Assembly: GCA_013265495.1 (NCBI GenBank)
Contig: MU057711.1
Span: 868,001-932,000 of the forward strand
DNA length: 64,000 nucleotides
Source: Vicugna vicugna
Taxonomy: Eukaryota
Reading direction: 5' to 3'
Part shown: positions 25,895-39,384 of the stretch, piece after piece
Layout: every line of letters starts with the position of its first letter
How positions within the stretch are numbered: the stretch's first letter is position 1
Made by a program: the position numbers and the translations under genes
Notes under the pieces: model-generated
What the model was told of the DNA's origin: nothing
Databases searched by the model: none
Seen by the model: the letters and a program-made list of their open reading frames with translations, nothing else

Positions 25895-26480
25895 GTAAGC
25901 AATAGGATTGTCCCCAAAATTGTAGGGGCCAGACCAAGAATTTAAACAGAGGCTCCAGACACATGTCTAAGTATTTAAAATATATGATCAAACTAATAGA
26001 CTATTAATGAGAATATGTTCTATTCTCCTACAAGGACAGATACACTCTCATAAAGACCCAGAATACCATAATACCATGTTCAAATTTCAAATCTGTGGAT
26101 TTCCCAGAGTTCATGCTGGAACCTGGCAGCACGGGGAAACAGCTTGACCTTTAACCCTCCTCCTGACCTTCTTTACCATGCTCCCGTGCCCAACCCTGTC
26201 CCGTGCATTAAGGGGCCTCTCCCCTGGGCTTGGGTGGCACTGCAGCACAGTGTCCCAGCTTTGGCCCCACCCTCTCCCAAACATGCATAAGCAGTGTTCT
26301 CTGTGGTTCCCTCCACCTTCTGGAGGCAAAAGTGCACATGGTCTTGGGAGCAGTCCCAGGGCCCTTGAACAGAGATTCCAAGATGCAGGTAGCTGAAGTG
26401 TGATTAGAAGTGGGGCTCTGGGTGGGCACTTCTCTCTAGGACCTTAGACTTCTCACTCCCGAGGGGCATGGCCAGAGGAG
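25895..26480. mobile_element. hAT DNA transposon relic (MER115-like)
   Basis: acatgtctaagtatttaaaa...aatatgttctattctcctac...gagttcatgctggaacctggcagcacgggg resembles MER115 as recalled. Confidence 0.55.
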
Positions 26481-26504
26481 GGTCTGAGCTGGTCTGTTAC
26501 AGGT

Positions 26505-26960
26505 AGTCTATCAGTTTCCTATTGCTGCTGAGATGACCACAAACTTAGTGGTTTAAAACAATGCAAATGTATTATCTTATAATTCTGTAGGTTGGAAGTC
26601 TGGTAGGACCTCAGAGGACTAAAATCAAGGTGTGAAACAGCCATGCTTCTTTCTGGAGGCTCCAGGGGAGAACCCACGTCCTTGCTCATTCAGGTTGTTG
26701 AGCAAGTGTTTGAACACTTCAAATCTTTCCTCCTTTCTCATCCATTTCATTCACTAACCCACGCCGTTCCTGTACTTCTACTTTTAACGATTTTGTGATT
26801 AAATTAAGCCCACCCAGAAAATACAGGATAACCTTCCCATTTCAAGGTCAGCTGATTAGCAACGTAATTCCATCTACAACCTTAATTTCCTTTTGCCATA
26901 TAATGTAATATCGTCACAGATTCAGGGGATTAAGATGTGGGCATCTTCGGTGGGGGGCAG
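26505..26960 (-). mobile_element. MaLR LTR (MLT1-like)
   Basis: agtttcctattgctgct...accacaaacttagtggtttaaaacaa...ttctggaggctccaggggagaa...caggggattaagatgtgggcatct. Confidence 0.82.
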
Positions 26961-27069
26961 TCGTCTCCCTTCTGCAGGTGGCAGTCCTAAGGGATAGCTT
27001 CTCTGAGAGGGTGGTTGAGAAGTGAGATCTGAACAGTGCAAAGGAGTCAGCCATGAGAAAATCTGGGGC

Positions 27070-27256
27070 CGTGCTGTTCAATATGGAGGCCACAGTGGCT
27101 AATTAAATAGGAATTAATGAAAATTAAGTCAAATAAAGAATGTATTCCTTGGTCACGCTAGCCACATTTCCAGTATGTGATACTCACATTTTGCTTCACT
27201 GCTACTGTATAAGATGGCACTAGTAATAGAACATTCTCATCATCCCAGAAAGTTCT
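27070..27256. mobile_element. hAT-Charlie MITE (MER3-like)
   Basis: gtgctgttcaatatgg...gctagccacatttc...agaacattctcatcatcccagaaagttct. Confidence 0.65.
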
Positions 27257-27269
27257 TTAAAAAAAAAAA

Positions 27270-27403
27270 TTGGGGGCGGGGATAGAATGCAGGGATGGGT
27301 AATTAGGTTTTTTTAAATTTATTTTTAATGGAGGTACTGGGAGTTGAATCCAGGACCTCATGTATGCTAAGCACACACTCTACCACTGAGCTATATCTCC
27401 CCC
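27270..27403 (-). mobile_element. Vic-1-like SINE
   Basis: ggtaattaggttt...ggaggtactgggagttgaatccaggacctc...ctctaccactgagctata. Confidence 0.9.
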
Positions 27404-30400
27404 ACCTGAAGGGCCTATTGAACAGAGCTGATCCAGAGGAAATGAATTCCAGGCAGAGGGAAAGGGACACGCAGAGGTCCTGGGAAGGACACAGTCCCAT
27501 TGGACTACAGACAGGTGTCACACACACTAGGAACAGAAGCCTGACAGCTCTGTATTTCTTCTGACTCACAGAATCACAGACTGATCATAGACAATTAGCA
27601 TGGGAAATGGCTCTGAAGACCCCGGTTCCCCTTATCCCCACCAATACAGCTCTTACTTCAAGACAGCTTGGATGCACCCCAAGTTCTCCTACCTCTCGGC
27701 TGATTGTTCCTTCCCTGACACCTCATCACCTTCCCTTCCAGGAAGGCCACCTCTCTGCCAATCCATCTTCTCCCTTCTTTCAAGAGCCAATTTAAAGAGG
27801 GCACTTTCAAAGACTCTTTCCCAGCTTTGTTGTGAAGGAGCAGAGCCTCCAGGAACACACTTTGGCCAGCATCCCATCCTTTTTGTTCTCTGTTAAGTGT
27901 CTGTATGTCTTGTCCCCGCAACCAAATTGCACAGGGACTGTGACTTCTCTGTGTTTGCTTTCCCCATAGCAGACAGTGAAGGTGACTGAAAAGTTTTTAG
28001 CGAGGAAAAGAAGGAAGGAAGGGAAGGTATGACGGAGGGTAGAAGGATACAGGGCTTAATGGCAGAATCCTAACAGTAATGTCAGACTGATTGGTGATGT
28101 GAAAAAGGTCTCTGTTTAATTTGTGATGTTGCAACCTGAGGTGAAAGCGGGTTGTTAGAAGTTGTGACTGGGGCTGTGTGGGAACTCTAGCACCTTCACA
28201 CCTACCTTTAAAGAATACTTCCTCCTTCTTTGATTTGTTTTAGGCAAACTCCCTTAGAATAAGTATCTGTTTCTTGTCCCCTTTGAGTTTACACTTTCTA
28301 GACTCCTTGAAGGGAAGTTTTAGGATGAAAAGAGACTAGAAACAGAAAACCAGTGATTATTGTTAGAGATCGCTTTAAGAGTTTCTAGAATTTTAAAGGC
28401 TCCAATTTGTAGATAATTCCTTGGTCCGCTCTCTTTTGGTGGCTGAATGTTCCAACTAAAATGATTTCCTAAACACAAAGAGAAAAAAATACTGGGTTTC
28501 CTTCTCTAACTAATAATGCAAACTTCTCCTGCCCAACCCCACCTGGTAGAATTCAATTTAGTGGAAAAGCACAGGATATGTATGTGAAAATGGATTTGGA
28601 TGTTCAATCCCCAGCAGACTGCTAAATGTTTGGCCCAGAAAAGTGAGATATTCATGGAGTGGAGAACTGAGTTTTTGCCACTGATCCTAGACACTTGGTG
28701 CTTGGGGGGTCACGGGTGATTGTCAGATTTCTAGACATCCTTCGCCAGCTTGATCAGTATTGAAAGGCCCAAAGGCCATGAGAGGGGACATCTGGGGCTG
28801 AGCCATGAAATGAAAGCCCTGGCAGGTAGATGTCTTATTAAGTAAGTCATTCAGCAGCTTCCAAATAATTTTTGTGCGATTCTATAATTTGTGCTAACTA
28901 TAGTGTTTTTTCTTTTCTTCTTTTATTTTTTTTTCTTGGAAAGAGTATAAGATCTGAGTGTTCACATTTTTTTTCTGGGTATTCAGGAACAAGGCAGGAC
29001 GTTATGCATCTGGCACCCTTCAGGGCCTTGTTGTTATGGCAACGGGGACAGGCAAGCCTAGATTTCCCTGACACTGAGGGCCCCAAAGTCAATATAAGGA
29101 TGCGCATCTGTGAAACCCAGGTGGTGAAGGAAAAAGCAAATAAATATCTGCCCCTCCTGCTCCCTGGCTGGAGCCCCACACAAAAGAGCCTATTAAACTA
29201 ATTGATGCAGGCCCGCCTGGGGAGCTGACAGAGCTCCCAGCAGGGTTAGGTTTCTCCAACTCACCCCGTAGCCGGGATCTCAGATGTCTTCCCTCCGTCT
29301 CAGCAAAGCTGGGTCATAGGGGCCCCACGGAAAGGGGCAGAGCCAGGGCCAGGGAGGTGGAGAAGACCCCTGCGGCCTGCCCACTGAGGGCTGTCCTTCC
29401 CTCGGAATCTCCCCACCTGTGAAGTGGAGGTGTCCCCCCAGAAACGCCTTTCCAGCTCTCATCCTGTGCACAGGGGCCAATCTTTACTAAAAAAAAATGA
29501 AAAGGCCCTGGAAGACGTACTAGTTACTGGACATCCACTCTGTGTCGGCCACTTAACATGAACTCACCTAATCCTCACTCTGGTAGGGTCTCCCCACTTT
29601 ATAAACAAGGAAAAGAAAGTTCGGGAAGTGTAACCAGCCCAGCCGAGGTCGTTACAGGCAGGCAGTGGTGCAGCTGGCCTTCACACCGAGGTCTGTCTGA
29701 GTCCGAAGTCCATTTCTTCACACCCCTCTGCCTCCCTGTCGCCTTTTATTTCTTTACCACTTTCCAGGACAAGTGACAGAGCCTGGTGGAGCTGCTGGAG
29801 GGACTGAGAAAGCCATCCCGCCTCCCTGAGGCCCTCAGCGTCCTGCCGTGTCTGCACAGCTCACAGGTCTTGTTCCCCGGGCTGCGGCCCCTCTTGGCTT
29901 GACTGTGAATGTGGGTTGAAGCCCTCTTTGGGCCCCACGCTGTACTGAGCTCCTCCTGCCTCCCTCATTACCACCCCATGGAAGAGGCACCACTGTGGTC
30001 CTCAGTTACAGAGGACAGAGCGGCCCTAGAGAGGCTAGGTAACCATCGGAGGCTGCAGCTAGGCTGGGATGGGAGCCCGGGTGGCCTCACCCATGAGGCC
30101 GCACTCTGCTCTTGGCTGGGTCTGTCCCTCTAGCACTGTGCACGCTCCGCTACCCGGGCGGGGTCAGCTATTAAAAAGGCCAGACTCAGGAGCGGAGGGT
30201 CTGGTGTCAGTTCTGCTCTGGAGTTGTGTCCCAAAGGCCCAGGCTGCCGGTGCAGAGACCATGGCTTTCTGCTGCTCCATGAGGACCCACTGAAAACTAG
30301 GTTTTTAATTGACTTTGGCTGAATGTCCCCTTTATTCACATGGATGACCTGAAGCCTGGGACACTAGAACCAGGAGGTGCCCCTTTGAGTGCTTTATTTC

Positions 30401-30721
30401 CACGTTGGTTGTGTGACCTAGAAGCCTGCTTTAAACCCTCTGGTGGCTTCTCACCATACCAGAGGACAGTCCCAACTCCTGCCCGACAGCGTCTGGCCCT
30501 TGCCTGCCTCTCTTACCCTGGATCTTCATGTGACTCTGTAAATCTGGCCTCAGCTTCTTTATCACCTCCTCAAAGAGCCCTTTATTAATTTATTTTCTGA
30601 CCACCCTGCCCTCCACAACCAAGGAGCACATGGTAAATTTTGATCTATTTGAATGTACTGCTACTTATTGGTTATGATTCCCATTATTTAACTCAAAGCA
30701 TCAGGAAAAGTAGAACCCTGC

Positions 30722-31135
30722 TTCTGGGAGACAATTGTCTCTGGGTCTCTTAAATAAAACAGGATGTTTTAAAGATGTCTGGGTAGTGAACGGTCTTTGA
30801 AGAGAGACGTGGTGCCTCTGTCCAGAGCAAAGAGCAGCCTTGGAAGATAGAATGCTTTGCTCTGGAGCAAATGGGCTCAGTGCCCATTATAAGGGATCTG
30901 GATTCCCGAATACATGCAGAGTCCCCATCCTGTAATGCAGCCCACTGTAAGTGCGCGTGCCGCCTGGTCCCCTTCACCTCTCCCTGTGGGGACTGGGGCT
31001 TGGGAAACTGGCACAAGAAAATACTGGGACTCGGCTGCTGCTCTTGCTGTGAGTAATCCCTTCCTTTGCCTCTGACCCAGGAATCTCCTGTCTTCTGCCA
31101 ACATCCATGGAACTGTGGCTGGATGGAGAGTTAGC
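30722..31135 (+). mobile_element. ERVL-class solo LTR (LTR40-like)
   Basis: gcccattataagg...cctgtaatgcagcccactg...gctgtgagtaat...tctgacccaggaatctcctgtcttctgccaacatccatg. Confidence 0.7.
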
Positions 31136-32399
31136 TCCCAAGAAATGTGAAGTTCCAAGTTTGACTCAGGTGATGCAGCTTCGATTCACTCATTCTCTCA
31201 GCATCCAGACACAGCACAGAATGGCCTGGAACTCTCTGCTATTTCTGGGGTATAAAAAAAATGGCCAGGGGGTTTATTTAGAAGCTGTCATAACACTAAC
31301 ATTCTAAGGGAAGCCCACTAGCATTGCAGTGTATTATAAGCTTTGCAGTACAAAGACGTTGCCAATTTTGTATCTTCCTCAGAAGAAAAGAAGAGTGAGG
31401 TTTATCAAGGACCTCAAGCTATCTTTTTGTGCATTTGCGTTGGCCAACATCACTGCCCTGTCCAGGGCCATGGGCAGCACCATGGGGGTCCTCTTCTGTA
31501 ATCCTGATGGAGCAAACGTGGCTGTTTCCACATTAATTACATGTATATTGTTATAACTGTTTACTATTAGCTGTATGACTTTACGATAAAAATGATTTTA
31601 AATGCTAAAAATAAAATGCAATTCACTATAATGTCAAAAATAAGATCCACCATTGAATAAAGAGAAAGAACATTTTGGGGTCGTAAACACATTGAATGTT
31701 GGTCCTTCTCCTTCCGCTGTTTTATAAAGAGATTAGTTTCTTTGTCTTGTGTATGTAGTCGAGGGGAAGGTGTCAATAACTGGCCTGAAAAACTAAAATT
31801 AGAGAGAAGTTCTTTGAAAATTCATTCACTCATTTAAAAAATGTATTGTTTTCCTATTACTAAGCTCAGCAGGGACTAGCAAAAGTATGAGCTCTCATTC
31901 CCTAATCCTTAAGGAGTTTACTATCTCATGAGGGACATGACCGGAACACAGATAAATTGAATTAATTTGAATAACCCCAGAGGTGAGTTCTGCCATAGAC
32001 GAGTCAGAAATTCCATGTAGGGGGCACACCTCAAAGGAGGAGGCAGCATTTAGCCTGGACCCAAGGCTGGGTGTGGAGGGACCATGCATATGGGAGGGGC
32101 ACAAGGGCATGGGTGCTGTGCACACGAGTCTGTCCTGGGAGGAGGGGAGCTACCTCTGGATACAGAGGTGGAGTCACACTGGGTTTGAATACCTAAGAAA
32201 TTTGGACTCTTGATTATTACCATGCTCCTGTGTGTGGGACCAAATTTCCAAACAGAGAAGGAAGGCCATACAAGAGTGACAAATGGAAGAATGGGGAAAC
32301 GTTAGAGGGCTTAAGGTCCTGGTAAAGGAAAAGGCAAATGCAGAAGAAAGGGAATGGGGCTGACTGGAGGTCAGAGCATCTAGGAAGTGACTCCACCTT

Positions 32400-33104
32400 A
32401 GAAAAACTGCTCTCCTTGGTTTGGCTGCTCACCTTGAAAGTCAATCCTTGAGTGACAAGTGCTGGTATGAAAGGAAAGGTTGCTTTATTCAGAAGGCCGG
32501 CAACTTGGGGAGAAGGTGGACTCCTGTCCAAAGGCCAATCCTCCCCTGCTGATCAGGGGGCAAGTGCTTTAAAAGGGGATTCTCAGGAGTGTGTAGGTAC
32601 AGGGAGGCAGCTACATGCAGAACTGCACAGGCAGCTCCAACAGTCATCTTGAAACTGGTCATGCAGTGGTCTGATCAGCATCGTCCTGGTTATTTTAAGT
32701 ACAGTTAATCTTCAGTTCTAGGGTCGGTTTGTTCCCCTCTCCTTGAGGCCAGTTCTTGGAATTGTGTAAGATGGAGCAACTCATGTCATGGTTGCAGTCT
32801 GGTCATCGTGTAATTAACTTCTTCCACCTGGTGGGGGTTTCAGTGTCTACAAAACAGCTCAAAGGATGTGTCTCAGAATAGTATCGATTGCCTTTGAAGA
32901 GGAACTAAAGGTCCTTGACTTTGTTTAATGATGAAACTGATATTATTTTGTCCTATTTGACTATTTTTCTTTGTTTCTGTGTTCTCTCATTTTGCTGGTT
33001 AGTTTTATTCTTCGGCTAAACTTTTTCTACTTACAAAAGGTAGGCGGAGGACACGGGGAGGCGTCTGTCCTGGGAAGGCCCCCAGAGGGCCCTGCTCTGT
33101 TACA
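32400..33104 (-). mobile_element. ERV solo LTR, ~700 bp, comparatively well preserved
   Basis: Minus strand starts TGTAACAGAGCAGG at 33104; AATAAA on minus at 32489-32484 near the distal end; no gag/pol flanks. Confidence 0.75.
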
Positions 33105-34789
33105 CACTTCTATCGTCACGGAGAGGGGTTGTGAGACACATGCATTTATGGAAGGAGGGGATTAACACAAGTCTTTACCTGGTTCCTATTTCAGAGCACC
33201 AATTCAACGACTGCAGATTCGATCTCTTAATTTTAGTAAATTCTTAAGTCAGTGCTCTGGTGTGTGGGCTTCGTCCTACTTTGCTCAACACGTTTGAGTG
33301 GCCCACATCCCTGAGATACACAGAATTTTAAAATGTTAGAGCTGGAGAAACATCTACGGTAATTGGATGGAATGTTCACAAACCCTTATTTATTATCTAA
33401 CTTTACCTATCTTGAAGGATTGGGCAACACTTCTTACAATCCTAAAAGGTAAAAATAAGAGCTTGTGTCTTTTTTTTTTTCTACAAAATCAAAAAGACAA
33501 ACCTGTTTGTTAGGTAGGACATGTGCGGACCTTGTCAGGAGAGACATGCCCAATGGCCTAAAATACTCTAAACTGACCTCACAAACCATCCTTCCCAAAG
33601 TGAGCTCAAATTTGCACCTTACTGCAAAGACAGAGGCCTTGTCAGTCACTCCCATTAGTCAGCCGGGTCACTGCACATACTAATTTCCTAACGTGCAGCA
33701 ACAAATCAGGAGTAGGCCGGGGTCACAGTGCACACGCCTGAGTAATGCTTACCAAGGCGCTGCCAAGTGGCTGAGTGCCTCCTCCTCCCCCAGCCCCTCC
33801 CGCCTCAGTGGTCCTGCGTCTTGGAGACTGGCAAGATGTTTTCCTCCAGGTCCATCGGAGCTCAAGGATGGGATGGGCAATGTCCAGGAAGTGGGCTCTG
33901 CTCTTTGAGTTCACAGGGCGGGCCAGAAGTCTCCTCTGTCTAGTCCCGCCCCTTCTTGGCACTCACACAAGAATTTTGTGACATCCCTCTGCACCTCCTG
34001 AACGCTAGGTACAGACACGTATCCACACACGACGGCCTCAGCAAGATTCACAGCAGCCCCTGCTCTCTGATGGAAATACCTCTGCAGAAAAGGTAGGGTG
34101 TCAGGGCAAGGACACAATTGCACAACCCTCACCTCACCCAATTTTTCCACTAACAACAATTTGTTACTTAGCGACCAAAGCAATCTGGCTTCGCTCAGAA
34201 AATCGCCTACCCCGAACAGTGCATGAAACCCATCGATGACCCCAGTCTTGCCCACCAGTCTTCAAGTGTGATTCATCAGAACAGAGCGGTGTATGTATTT
34301 GTTGAAAACAATTAATGCAAGAGTTGGCTTAGGGAATAAATAGCTCAAAAATATATTTGTGACTAAGGATATTAGCTGTTCAGAGAAGGTAGGTGGTAGG
34401 TGTGATGCTCTGAGAGTTAGTGAAGTAGCATTACCCTTTTCCTAGCCCTGCACATGTCTAAGCACAAGGGCCCCAGCCCAGGGAGTGGCTGACGCAAGGG
34501 AAGTACCTCTCGCGACGTGCAGCACGGCTCTCAGAATAGTGGTTGTGTGTCTGTGACATCAGATGGGTCAGGTCAGGCTGGAACCTCCTTCCTCAGGTGT
34601 GCATCAGAGCCTCAACACGGCACCACTCCAGAGGCACTGCGTCCTGGATCCCTTGAACAGTTGTCAGATGATATCCCCCAATTTGGTGAATTCTGTAACT
34701 TGTTGATTAGATTTTTTAAGAAAATCAGCCAGATGATTCATCAGGTTTAAAGGAACGTGATCCACTGGTCAAAGAGTAGGAGAGGGTTT

Positions 34790-35520
34790 GGGGAGGAGCT
34801 GAAATTTTGATTTTTCTACTAGTAAATGTAGATAGGGCAAGTGGATATAATTTGGGGAGCAAGGGGGGAAGAAGAAAGGAGCTGATGATAGTGAAGAAGG
34901 CGATCCTAGGAGGACAAGCATGTGCAGAGACATGAAACTGCATGAAAAACCATGGAATTGCTAATAAACATCCACGTGGAGAGTGGGATGCACGTGGGGA
35001 CGCTATAGCAGATGGGTTCGAGGCTGATGCTGGGGACAGTCTTGCGGGTCCCATTACAGAGTTTCTCCTTTATCTTATGTGTGCCAGGGAGTCATCAGAG
35101 AGTTTCAGTGAGTAAGCAGGTTTGATTTGTGGCTGAGCAAGAGCATTCTGTCTAAGACCAAGAGGGACTGCGCAGGGGCAAGAGCGGTGTGGAGGGGACA
35201 AGTGAGAGGCTGTCGCAGTGCCGCAGGTGAGGGATGGTCTGGGCTTTGGTTGTAGCTTAAGTGTAGAGAGAAGAAGGTGAACTGGAGATATATTCTAGAG
35301 AGGAAGTCCACAGGACTAGCTATTAGGAAGGAGAGAAAAGGAAGAATCAAAATAATTGTTTTGCCTAAGCACCAAGTGGGGTTGTTCATTTATTGAGATG
35401 GTAAAGACTGGGAAGGTAGGAGGTGGTGTGCTCAGGATGGAGTGAGAAAAAAACGAAAGTTTGGAAAGCTTATAAGAAGTTTACAAGAAACTGTGCCGGG
35501 GGCAAGCCGAGTGAGCAATT
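34790..35520 (-). mobile_element. LINE-2 fragment
   Basis: ggagatatattctagagaggaagtccacaggact...tttattgagatggtaaagactggg reverse-L2 phrases. Confidence 0.65.
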
Positions 35521-37269
35521 CAAGAACACCTCTGTTCACAGTGGACCAAACATTGCACTCTCCTGCCAAAAACCCTCTGTGAATCCCTCTTGCCTAAAGC
35601 ACCTGTTTTCACCTGGTTGTGTTTCGGAGTCACATGTGAGTCCTCTGGATGCAGGTGGCCTGCTTATCTCAAGGGCTGGGGCCTCTCCCACAGGACACAG
35701 AATTGGCCCTCAGCGGGCTGCTTGCATCTGGGAGTTGATCAGGCCGTGTTTATACCTTCAATTGTTTGTAAAGTAATGTTATACAGATTGTAACAATTCA
35801 AATAATAAAGTTTAAAGAAAAAGGGAAAAAAACTTAGGGAGAGCTCCTTCCAGTCCTCCCATACCCACATGTACCCTTTCCAGGGTGGTCTAACCGGCCA
35901 GATCTGGGATCTGAAAGTGCAACATCCTTCCCTCATACCGCCCAGGCTTGCCAGCAGGCAGCCGGGCACTGGGAAACACCCTCCCTAAGTCACTGGGGGA
36001 AAGTTGAGATGGCCTGAAATTCCAAAAGGGTGTAGGAAGTGCCGTGTCAGGAGGGGACGGCTGTGAGCCTGCGCAAATTGATTAGATAACCCGCCGAAAC
36101 GTGTTCAGGGCCAGCAGCCAGGGCCACCCCCGCAGAGGCTCAGAGGGCAGAAGCCCTGAGTGAGTCAGGAAGTCTGCAAATATTCTAACGCCTACTTTCA
36201 CTTGTTTTTACTTTCACTTTTAAAGATCAACATCTCAATTATTTTTAAGTAGACAATACATATCCCTAGTGAAAAAATAAATAAAATGAAATCCCAACAT
36301 TTCCAAGGGTCTCCAGGAAAAAGGAATTCTCCCTCCCATCCCCGTCCTGAAGTCTCCCAGGGCAACCACTGTTACCAGATGTCCTGTTTCTTGCCAGGAA
36401 TGGTGTGGAGGGATCTGGCTCCTTCTTTTCACACTAGAGGACTCCACTGCTCTTCCCTCCCCCCTCCTCACCTGCTGCTGAGTCAAAGGTCCTCGGTCCG
36501 TCTACTGCACAGGGTGGTACCATCCTGGAGCATCTCGCTGCTTAGTGGCTCTGCCCGCAGCGGTGTTGACTAAGAGCCTAGACAGAATGGCTCTTGGAAC
36601 TGTTCGGTTGTCAAAGGTGATGTTTAGATCTGTGCTAAAAAGCTACAAATACAATACCACAAATTCTTGGTGACTTGTGGGAGTGGAGGAAAGAGAAGAT
36701 ACAGGAGCACCCTCACCAATGTACTGACCCCTGCTCGCTGTCTACTCTGTCTTTCTCTCTCTCCTGACTCCCCCACCCACAGATCTTACAACAGGTAGCA
36801 TGAAAGTCAACCTGAGTTGACTTTCTACCTTCACTCTGATCCATAGTAGAGGTTTTGCCAAGAAGTTCACTGCTGAATTTATTCATTCCACACATATGGA
36901 TTAGTTTGTGTCAGGCTGAGTGTCAGAGTGGAAACCCGATTCACAGAAGCCTGACAAGCATGCTCCCTGGCTTCACAGCGTCTGCAGTCTGGTGAGGGAG
37001 GCCAGCTAGCAAACAGTTCTGTTGGTAGAGGGTGACAAGTGCTAGGGAGGGGAAACAGAGGGTGCTGGTGGAGTGATAGCTGGACAGCACAGGAAATCAT
37101 GGAAGGCTTCTCAGAGGAGGTGATATTTTAGCTGAAATCTGAAGAATGAGTAGCATTAGTCAGGCCAGGTGGAGAATGGATTAGGAAAAGAGAACTGAGA
37201 TTAGAAGGCAGATAGAGGGTGGCCCATCAAAAAGAAACAGCATTTGCCAGAGATGAAGAACTTGTTGGA

Positions 37270-37480
37270 TTAGCTCTTAGGCTTTCTCGAGTTAGACTTG
37301 CCTGAGTTCAAATTCCAACTCTACCTCTTACCGGCTGTATGACCCTAGGCAAGTTATTTAACCTCTCTGTGCTCAGTTCCCTCATCTATAAAATAGGACT
37401 GATAATTGCACTACTCCATAGGATATAAATGAGTCTGTATGGGTGAAATGGCTTAGAACAGCACTACGTCTTAGCTATTA
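37270..37480 (+). mobile_element. MIR SINE within L2 fragments (~36930-37640)
   Basis: gagttcaaattccaactctacc...tgaccctaggcaagttatttaacctctctgtgctcagttccctcatctataaaatagg. Confidence 0.85.
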
Positions 37481-38624
37481 TTTAAGTTTTGTTTGGCTGG
37501 CCTGGTGACCAGGCATGGGGCAGGAGAGGGGAGATTGAAGGAAGATGTAGGTGGAGAAGGAGGTGGCAGGGCAGGGATGGGCCTTCTAATTCATGTTAAG
37601 AGGTTAGGCCTTTTCTCTGCAGGGGAATAAATGAATTTCAGAAGCTGAAAAGAAGCCATGAGCAATACAAGTCTTACTGAAAAAGTGAGCCCCAGCTCTT
37701 GATGAGACTTATCCGGTGTCTGCAGTAGACAGAGAGGAACAGGCAGGGGACCATGAGATCTGGATTTGAACCTGAGTTCTACAGGGTATGGACCAGCAGT
37801 GTCATCTCTCTGGATCTGTGTCCTCAACTGAGAAAAGTTTTTTTTTTTCAGGGTCTAAATGAGATAAGGAAGCCCAGAAGCCTTCTTCTGAGTACCCAGC
37901 ACTAAAGTATGGGCTCAATATTACCTGGTGCCTTTTCCCTGAGTTACACACATAGTTCTTAAGGCTAACAGCCTTGGCGTTCTGATTCTACCACCCTCTC
38001 CAAACCTCTGATCTCAGATCTCTGATTCCGCCAGGTGAACCTCGGCCTCAATCTGCCCCAGTTGGAACCACGCTCTGGGGGCTTGACTCTCAATTGTGCA
38101 GCCTGGGCTGTCTCAGCCACTGTAGGGGTGCCGTGACGCCACCCACATCCCACACCAACCACAGTGATTTTAATTTGATTCAATGAAAGACGCCAAGTAG
38201 CACTTTTCTGAGAGAAGAGAGGTAAAAGAATCACACGTTATGCCCGAGGATGGGAATGTTTTTAAACTCAGAAACAATGGCTCTAGAAATTTGCCAACAG
38301 GGCTACCATTGTTTTTCTGAATTACATGAATCCTGAAACATTTAGTGTTTTCTTAATTCATCTTCAGTATCCAGGAAATATTTAAAGCAATGCAGTGCTG
38401 CAGACATCTATGGAGGTCTTTCTCTGTGCCAGACCGTGGGCTACACTCCGGAAACATAGATGAATGAGACCCATGGGGCTAGTCTCAGGTCTGTGGGGGA
38501 AAGACAAAGCCTGTGAAAAATATTAGAGTAGCGGTGTGAAGAGAGTTCCGGGAGGCAGGGTTCCTGGGGCACACCCACCTAGGTTGTGCACTGCACAACT
38601 CTGGGACTCCGTTCACCTAGACTA

Positions 38625-38948
38625 TGGTTTGATGAATTTTTTTCTGTTCAACACCAGATAGTGAATATTTTATGGTTTGGGGTCATACTGTCTTCATTGC
38701 CATTACTCAACTCTGCTGTCATAGCCAACATATGCAGCCATAGACCCATAGACCTAATGGACACAAATGAGCTTGCCTGAATTCCAGTTAAACTTTGCTT
38801 GTAGGCACTGAATTGTGCCCCGAACTATTCTAATTTTTCATTATTTACAATCATTAAAAAATGTAAAAAATAATTCTTAGTTTGTGCACTATACAAAAAC
38901 AGGTGATGGGCTGGATTTGGCCTGTGGGCTGTTCTTTGATAACCTCCA
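38625..38948 (-). mobile_element. hAT-Charlie MITE (MER58-like)
   Basis: ctcaactctgctgt...ggctggatttggcctgtgggctgt...tttgataacctc, reverse of the 23117 element type. Confidence 0.7.
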
Positions 38949-39384
38949 GTGTTGATTACAATGAGAGTGGGAACCCTTGGGGGTGTGCAGCATGGCGGCC
39001 CTGCCTGGCTCCACTCAGAATATCCTATCTGAAGGCTAGTAAGTGCTGACTGGGTGGACACTGCAGGGCAGGGAAGACTAGCAGTGGGAACAGCACAGCT
39101 GCACAGGAGGGAACAGAGAGAGAGAGGACTGAGAGAGGCAGGTTGGGGATAGACTGTGAAAGGTCTCAAATGCCACACTCAGAAGTTTGGGCTTTGTCCT
39201 TTGGGCAACTAGGAATCATTAAAGGTTCTATGCAGAATGAGATACGATTTGAGATTGCATTTGAGGGAGCAGAGTGGAAGATGGGAAGGCCAGTTAGAAG
39301 GCATGCAAACCAGGAAGAGATGGTGAGGGCTTAGACAAGCAGGGCAGGGAAGTGAGAGAGGAGAGAGAATTCAAAGATAAACTG

